DNA from: Methanobacteriota archaeon
GTDB taxonomy: Archaea > JAADCQ01 > Methanopyri > Methanopyrales > Methanopyraceae
Reading direction: 5' to 3'
Assembly (NCBI GenBank): GCA_027064425.1
Contig: JAMOPO010000015.1
Span: 192,001-256,000 of the forward strand
Length of the DNA stretch: 64,000 bases
Below, piece by piece: positions 57,895 to 64,000 of this stretch. Below the pieces are notes generated by a model. That model made no database searches. It was not told where the DNA came from and worked only from the letters and a program-made list of their open reading frames with translations. Each line of letters begins with the position of its first letter. Position 1 is the stretch's first letter. Position numbers and translations under genes: made by a program.

Positions 57895-60099
57895 TTGACG
57901 GGTCACAAAATCGACTCGTGGTTCCCGATCACTCTCGTCTCGGATGAGTGCGAGCGCGAGCGAGGGCTCGGGTCACCGGTTGGGGTGCTCCCAGGGTTCA
58001 GGTCGCCGCTCGCGCTGGCCCGGGCGGTGGTCCTGCTGAGCCTCTCCACGGAGGACGCGGAGCGGGAGGCTCTGCTTCCGGCGCTGCAGCCGGTCATTGG
58101 GGAACCCTGGAGGACCTCGATCGGGGCGCTGGGCGAGGAACCTGAAGAGGTGCGGGTCTTCGGTGATGGGTCGGTCGCGCTCGAGGCGGCGCGGGCGGGG
58201 CGGCGGGTCCGGCTCGTTGCACCCGATCCCGCGATCGCCCGGTTCTTTGAGGAGGTGTTTGGGCGACTGTTGGAGGAGGGCGAGGAGGCGCTGGAGGAGT
58301 TGGCCGGCTTCCTCCGGCAGGTGGGAAGGGTCCTGAGGAGGCGGCTCAGTGACCTCTACGGCGGTGGGGAGCGGGCTTACCTGTGGATCAAGCGGGTGAG
58401 GTGCCCGCAGTGCGGGCTCCTGATACCGCTCATGGAGCACCGGTGGATCGTGAAGGGAAGCTGTGCGTTAAGGGTGGAGGTGCCGGAGGGCGGTGACGAG
58501 GTGGAGTTCGAGGTCGTCGAGCCGGAGGAGGCCGGTCCGGGAACCCTCCGGGCCGGCCGCGTGACCTGCCCGAGGTGTAGGGAATCGTGGGGGCTGGAGA
58601 GGGTCCGGCGGAGTTTCCTGCTCCGGGCCGCCAGGGGAGGCCCCGCCGGAGCGTACCTGGCGGCCGTCGTGGAGGACGGCTCGGTCCGGTCGGCCACGGA
58701 TCCGGACCTTGATCGCGTCGAGCGGGCCCGCGAGCTGGCCCGTGAGCTGGGCAGAAGCCGGCTCCTGCCGTGCGAGGACCCACCGGGGTGGCTCCGGAGG
58801 TGGGGCGTTTGGGACGTCTCCTGGATGTTCAACAGCAGGCAGCTGGCCGCGCTCCTGGAGGCCGTCACCGTGACCCTCAACGTCGGTGAGAGTCTGGAGT
58901 GGTGCAGGGTCTGGGCCGCCGCCGTCCTGACCGAGCTCTCCCTGCGGAACTCCGTGCTGTCCCGCTGGGACCCGGCGGTCGGGGAACCAGGGAGGGCTGA
59001 AGGCTGGGCGTGGGAGTACGGGGAGCTGCCCGTTCCCCGGGCGTGGGAGAAGGTTTCCAGTGAGATCCTAAGGGCCTGTCGGGAGCTGATCGAGGTCGCG
59101 GAGGGTGTCGAGGTGGAGGTCGAGGTGGCCGACGGTGGGTGGGGGGTGGCTCGGGACCTCCCGGACGCGCTGTTCCGGGCCTGGTCGGGGGCCCTGCTGA
59201 ACGCGCCGGTGTGGGGGACGGAGGGACGAGGCGGGAGCTCGATCCTCGGCGGGCTCAGCTGGGGTGGCCGATCCTTCCTCGTGCTCCGGAGTGACCGGGT
59301 GGCGGAGCGATGGATGGAGGTCGTGGGGGAGATCGTGGGCCGGGGGCTCAGGGCCGCGTCGGCGTGGCCGGTGTTCGGCGAGAACGTGCTGGTGGTCCCG
59401 CTGGTCGAGCGCGAGTCGCCCGAGGAGGTTGACTGGGAAGACGTCGTCTCCGAGGTGAGGGACGCCGTGCGAAGGCTTCTGGACGCGGCGCGCGACCTGG
59501 AGGGGCGCGGGTGGGAGTCGGTGGGGGTGGTGCCGTACGCCGCCGCCCTTCCCCCGTGCACGGGGCTGGACGTCGTCAAGCGGGGCGGGGACAGCCTGAG
59601 CATCCGGCAACCCGAGGTCCTCTCAGAGGTGCTCGCGGAGGGCTGGCGAGAGCTGGTGACGGCGGTCCTGGAGCTCCTCAACGTGGGCGTGTCGGACCCG
59701 AGGGCGCGGTTCTACGCGGTGTACCGGCTGCTTTGGGGGTACCGCGAGTCCTGCGATCCGCCGAGCCGGAGGAGGCTCGAGCCGCTGCTGAGGGCGCTGA
59801 AGCTGGACCCGGACGAGCTGCCGTACCTGAGCGCGGACGGCAGGCTGGAGTCCTACCGCGAAAGGCGCGAGCTGCGGCCCCGAGAAGACCCCGTCAACGC
59901 GTTCCACGCGGCGCTGTTGGCGGTCAGGGAGGGCGCCCCGGAGTCCGCGCTGGAGGGGGTGCCGGAGAACGTTAGGAAGGAGGTCCTCGAGCTGGCCCGA
60001 GCCGTGATCCGGGCGGCCCGCCGCTGCGGCGAAAATCACCCCGAGGTGGAGCTGGCGCGGAGGCTCCTCGGGGTGTCGGTCGGTGTCGCGGGGCGATGA
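57895..60099 (+). CDS. DUF1156-family adenine DNA methyltransferase homologue, catalytically degenerate
   Basis: IDSWFP...PLALARAV, AYLWIKRVRCPQCG..IPL, CPRC, FNSRQL, NSVLSRWD and WEYGE; the SAM motif is reduced and no DPPY is present. Confidence 0.75.
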   Translation: MTGHKIDSWFPITLVSDECERERGLGSPVGVLPGFRSPLALARAVVLLSLSTEDAEREALLPALQPVIGEPWRTSIGALGEEPEEVRVFGDGSVALEAARAGRRVRLVAPDPAIARFFEEVFGRLLEEGEEALEELAGFLRQVGRVLRRRLSDLYGGGERAYLWIKRVRCPQCGLLIPLMEHRWIVKGSCALRVEVPEGGDEVEFEVVEPEEAGPGTLRAGRVTCPRCRESWGLERVRRSFLLRAARGGPAGAYLAAVVEDGSVRSATDPDLDRVERARELARELGRSRLLPCEDPPGWLRRWGVWDVSWMFNSRQLAALLEAVTVTLNVGESLEWCRVWAAAVLTELSLRNSVLSRWDPAVGEPGRAEGWAWEYGELPVPRAWEKVSSEILRACRELIEVAEGVEVEVEVADGGWGVARDLPDALFRAWSGALLNAPVWGTEGRGGSSILGGLSWGGRSFLVLRSDRVAERWMEVVGEIVGRGLRAASAWPVFGENVLVVPLVERESPEEVDWEDVVSEVRDAVRRLLDAARDLEGRGWESVGVVPYAAALPPCTGLDVVKRGGDSLSIRQPEVLSEVLAEGWRELVTAVLELLNVGVSDPRARFYAVYRLLWGYRESCDPPSRRRLEPLLRALKLDPDELPYLSADGRLESYRERRELRPREDPVNAFHAALLAVREGAPESALEGVPENVRKEVLELARAVIRAARRCGENHPEVELARRLLGVSVGVAGR

Positions 60100-60814
60100 G
60101 TCGGACGTGCCGGCGAGGCTTCGGGAGAGGCTCTGCAGCTTCCGTGGCGTCGTCCTGGACGCCGACGTGTTCGCGGCCCTCGTCGGGGCCTTCTCGGACG
60201 ATCTCTGCGAGGCGCCGACCGACAACGTCGTGTACGCGTTCCTCCTCGAGCTCAGGCGGCTGATGGGTGAGAGGTTCGTCCTGTACTCCTACGAGGAGCT
60301 CCAGGCGAAGTACGCCGAGATCGTGAGGGAGCTCGCGGACGAGCGGGTCGTGTGCGACGACTGCCCCGCCTCGCCCGTAAGCCCAACCGTACGGGGTCTC
60401 TGCCACCTGTTCAGGAGTCACAAGGAGGTAAGGGTGCCCAGGCTACTGTCCCGGTCAGGCCTCCTCGAGCAGCTGGAGCGGCTGTACCGGGAGCTGCTGC
60501 GCGCGGGGTGCACCTGCCCACCCGAGTTCAGGGACTTCAAGCACGACTTCGTGGAGGGGCGCGCCGGCGACGAGCACGTGCACGTGGCCAACGTCCTCGT
60601 GGCCGCGGTCAAGAGGGCCGTCCTCGTGACCTCCGACCGCAGGATCAAGGACGTCTGCGATAGGTTGAAACCCGGCTGCCTCTGCATCCGCCTCGACCGC
60701 GAGTGCGTCAGGGACCCCACCCAAGAGGAGCTCAGGCTCGAGCTGGCCCCCGAACTCGGTGGCCTCCCCTCCGAGCTGAGGTACCGGCGGGTGGCCGGCG
60801 GGTTCGCCCCTTAG
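60083..60814 (+). CDS. PIN-domain ribonuclease candidate
   Basis: VVLDADVF, D.H and LVTSDRRI acidic PIN pattern; translationally coupled to the methylase homologue. Confidence 0.65.
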   Translation: MSRGDESDVPARLRERLCSFRGVVLDADVFAALVGAFSDDLCEAPTDNVVYAFLLELRRLMGERFVLYSYEELQAKYAEIVRELADERVVCDDCPASPVSPTVRGLCHLFRSHKEVRVPRLLSRSGLLEQLERLYRELLRAGCTCPPEFRDFKHDFVEGRAGDEHVHVANVLVAAVKRAVLVTSDRRIKDVCDRLKPGCLCIRLDRECVRDPTQEELRLELAPELGGLPSELRYRRVAGGFAP

Positions 60815-61004
60815 CTCCGGGCGGGTCGCTCCTCCTCCGCGGTGCCCGGGCGCTCCTACCGTTGTAATCTCACTCCCTGAGCGGGCCCCAGCCTCCGGGG
60901 CCGAGGCTCGCGCGGTGACGGCAACGAGCAACCTGCGGTAGCCTCTCTCCGCCCGGTCACGAAGGCAGGCTGAGGTGGGGCGCGCCGGACGGGTCCGGCG
61001 GGGG

Positions 61005-62669
61005 TCAGCCGAGCCCCATCAACCTGCTCTCCACCAGCGCGCCGAGCGTCGCGAGGGCTGGTCCGAGCACTCCCGCCCAGTACCCGGGAAACTTGTTACC
61101 GAAATCGCACGTGACGTTGGTTAGCGAGTGCAGGAGCGCACCGGTCGGTAGCGGGGCGACCGCGTACAGGACGTGATTCGACGCCCGGTCGACCACCGCC
61201 CTCCACTCCAGCGGCCAAAGCTCCCCCTCGATCGCGGCCTCCAGCAGCCCGTACCAGGAGCCCGCGAGCGGGAGCGGCAGTCCGGAGAGATCGCTCATGA
61301 GCCGCTTCGCCGGCTCCTCGATCAGCGGAGCCCAGACCGAGCCCTCGACCGCGTCGAGCACGCGCGACGAGGCCCGATCGCCGAGTCCCAAGAGCCCCAG
61401 CAAATGCCCCCCCGAGGCAGTGAAGGATCCCGACGTACGCCGGACGCGCCGCGTACTCGAGGACGCTGGCCAGGTCCCACCGGGACTCGGGCGCTTCACC
61501 CAGCCGCGGGAGGCGCTCCAAGAGCTCGATGCAGGCCAGCGAGGTCGCGAGCCCAACCCCGCTCGCGAGGAGGTAAGCCCCCGGAAGCAGGCCGGGGTTC
61601 AGCAGCGTCAGCAGCGGTCGGGCGAGCTCCGTGCCGGCCAAACCGGCGGCCTCTATGAGGTTCCGGATTCCATGGGCCGGGCGGAGAGCCGGAGGAGGTT
61701 CCGGCTGAGGAGTCGCTCGACGCCGTCGATGGATTTCAACAGCTCCGCGAGGCCGGCCAGCCGCGGGTTGCGCTCCCGTATAAACCCGAGAGACGGTCTC
61801 GCGAGCTCGAGGAGGATCCTGCTCCGGTGACGTCGGGTCAACCAGAGCCCCGACCCGCCTCCGGCGGACCCCACCTGGGACGGCCGAACGAAGTCCTCTG
61901 AGGTCAGCTCGAGGAGCTTTTTGACCCCCTGGACGGCAGGCGGGCGCGCCACGCACCACCCGTACGCAGGTCGTAGACGACCCGGTACGCGTCCGACCCG
62001 CCGGGCCTCGCGAAGTCAAATGCGACGGTCTCGCCCTCAAGCTCCACGCGAACGAGGAGGTCGTAGGGGTCCATGAGCTCGATGGCCTGGGTGAGCGGGA
62101 TGATGCCCACCATGGTCGTTTCGAGGGCAGAGGGCGGCGGGAGGTGCGTGGCGGGTTCGAAGACCCCTCCGCCGTGAATGATGAACACCGGGAGCTCCTC
62201 GCCAGCGTGTACCGGCTCGACGGGTACGGAGCGGAGGCCCGGTGTCCAGAACCCTACGACCAAAGTACGTGCGGGTGGGATCGAGCCGCACCGAGCGGCG
62301 AACGGTGCCCGCGGGCGTCGGGTCCTCGACCGCCACCTCGGTCGGCGTCACCCGAACCCTCGGCTCGTCGGAGCCCAGCCAGAAGACGGGCCGGCTCTCG
62401 TCGGGGGCGATGAGGATGTGGGTCCAGCCGACGACCGTTGGAAGGTCTTCGGCGCCGTTGAGCCTTTCCGCAAGCTGACTCGTGACCTCCAGGGTGGCAC
62501 GCCTCGGCCCCTCCTTCTCCAGCGCAACGGCGCGATCCACGAGGTCCGGTAGGAGGACGGCGTCACCCGAGGCCGGGATCGCCGTCAGCGACAACGTCAG
62601 CACCGCGGTGCCAGGGTCCGGGCACCCACCGGCTCGCTCCCCAGTGTCCCAGAGCTCGAGCCGGGTCAT
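61005..62669 (-). pseudogene. Frameshifted secreted/membrane protein
   Basis: Signal-like TAVLTLSLTAIPASG followed by several coding-like fragments in different frames and C-terminal TM helices. Confidence 0.5.
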
Positions 62670-63725
62670 CCCCCGACCGCATCAAGGAAGGGCTGGAAGC
62701 CCCGCCACGGCCCTGGTGCGAGCGGGTTGTTAGTGCTTCGGACGAGCGCCCCGGCTCCGGGTCGCGGCGAACCGTCATTCTTAAGAGAGGAGCCCGCAGG
62801 GCGAGTGCGGCCCTTCCGAGGAGTTGCAAGGGACGATCTTGGAGTGTGGAGGCCGCCCCGAACGGGGTTCAAAGAGTCCGATGGAGTCGCCGGCGTGACC
62901 GTGTCGGGCGACGCGGTGGTGGTCAGAACGGTGGACGGCGGGAGCTAAGACCGCTCATACTCGCCTCGAAGGGTTCGCCGAGACGATCCGGGAGCTGAGG
63001 GGTCCAGGGTTGAGCGGTAAGCGCCACCGGTCTTTCGGGAAGGCCATCGACTTCAGTCGGATTCGCCCGCACCGGATCGCGCCGATAGCGGGTGTGACGG
63101 TAGCGGCCACTGCGGGAGCGGTGATCGGCACGATTACCGGTATTTTGGAGCGGCGATGTCCGTACCAGTCCCCGGTTGAATGCCAGCCCCGGTGTGCCCG
63201 AGGTGGCATCCACGTGCGAGTCGAGCCGGGCCGGCCGGTGATCGTGCGTGACTATGGGTACCTCGAGCAATGAAAAGAGATCCCGGGCACCCTGATATTG
63301 GGAGCAGAACGTGGTCACGATGAGAGCCCCCACGCGGGTGGTGCACTGGAAGGGTCAGAGTGGTGTGAGTGTACCCGCGAAATCGAGGAGGCGCGCCGCT
63401 GCTGGTGAGGTGGCGCGGAGGAGTTGGCCCGAGAGCCCGGCTCGACGCCCTATTCTGCGGTGGCCCACCGGATCGGCCGTCGGCTCGGTGGAGCGGTCGT
63501 CGGGGAGCGGGGCGGGCCGCGAGCGAGGCGTTCGGAAATGGGAAAACGATGCGTTACCCTTTATTAACATGCCGTATCTTTAGCACAGGAAAAGGTTTCT
63601 CTGGCTGGCGCACACCCGGTGCCGAAACCGCCGGGGCGCCGGAGCCGAGTGGGGCTGGTAGCGAAGGGAACGTCCGCTTCCGATGCGTGAGGCGACGCCG
63701 ACCGCCGTACCGCAACGCCTACAGG

Positions 63726-64000
63726 TCAGGACGGGATGGCGTCCGCGGGCAGCCACAAGCGCCGGGTCAACCTGGACGCGCGCAGGGTGATCAGGGCTCT
63801 CATGATGAAGCAGACCGCCAGCGAGAGAACGCCGACCGCCTCACCGTACGGGACGCCCCAGACGAGGGCCACGAACGGCGCCGCTATCAGTCCTGCCAGC
63901 CCGATTGCCACCGGGAGCATCAGGAAGTGCAGCCCTATCGTCTGCTCGGCGATGGGGTACTTGAGGGGCCTCCGGCGGTGCGCCCGCACGATCAGGAGCG
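63726..64000 (-). CDS. Membrane protein, 3' end (starts beyond window)
   Basis: Open frame to the window edge with two hydrophobic helices. Confidence 0.5.
   Translation of the reverse strand, partial: LLIVRAHRRRPLKYPIAEQTIGLHFLMLPVAIGLAGLIAAPFVALVWGVPYGEAVGVLSLAVCFIMRALITLRASRLTRRLWLPADAIPS

Noticed and set aside
62727-63583. Small plus-strand ORFs
   Set aside because: Short, with no recognisable motifs; probably remnants, so not called.
52000-64000. Intact transposon or provirus
   Set aside because: No transposase, integrase catalytic domain, terminal repeats or tRNA att duplication were detected.

Overview
High-GC archaeal DNA that is very likely from a Methanopyrus-like hyperthermophilic methanogen. 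The supporting signs are PolD large subunit, PriL, Pus10, an HmdII-type relic, a C8-containing tRNA-Glu with two introns, and dense C/D-box sRNAs. Bases 1-20 kb are mostly housekeeping (pus10, eno, purF, polC/DP2, asd, trpC, priL). Bases 20-35 kb hold exported proteins, including a secreted alpha/alpha-barrel protein and a 2123-aa membrane-anchored CobN/ChlH-like protein behind a NikR-like operator. Intergenic spaces from 14 to 39 kb are packed with about 20 predicted C/D-box guides and two H/ACA-like hairpins. Bases 39-64 kb are an accessory, partly decaying region: secreted proteins with a shared Pro-rich/Arg C-terminal tail, pseudogenes (hmdII, truA-like, ABC transporter), MNT/HEPN toxin-antitoxin genes, and a PLD nuclease / catalytically degenerate DUF1156 methylase / PIN cluster. 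All calls are by eye from motifs; no database searches were run.
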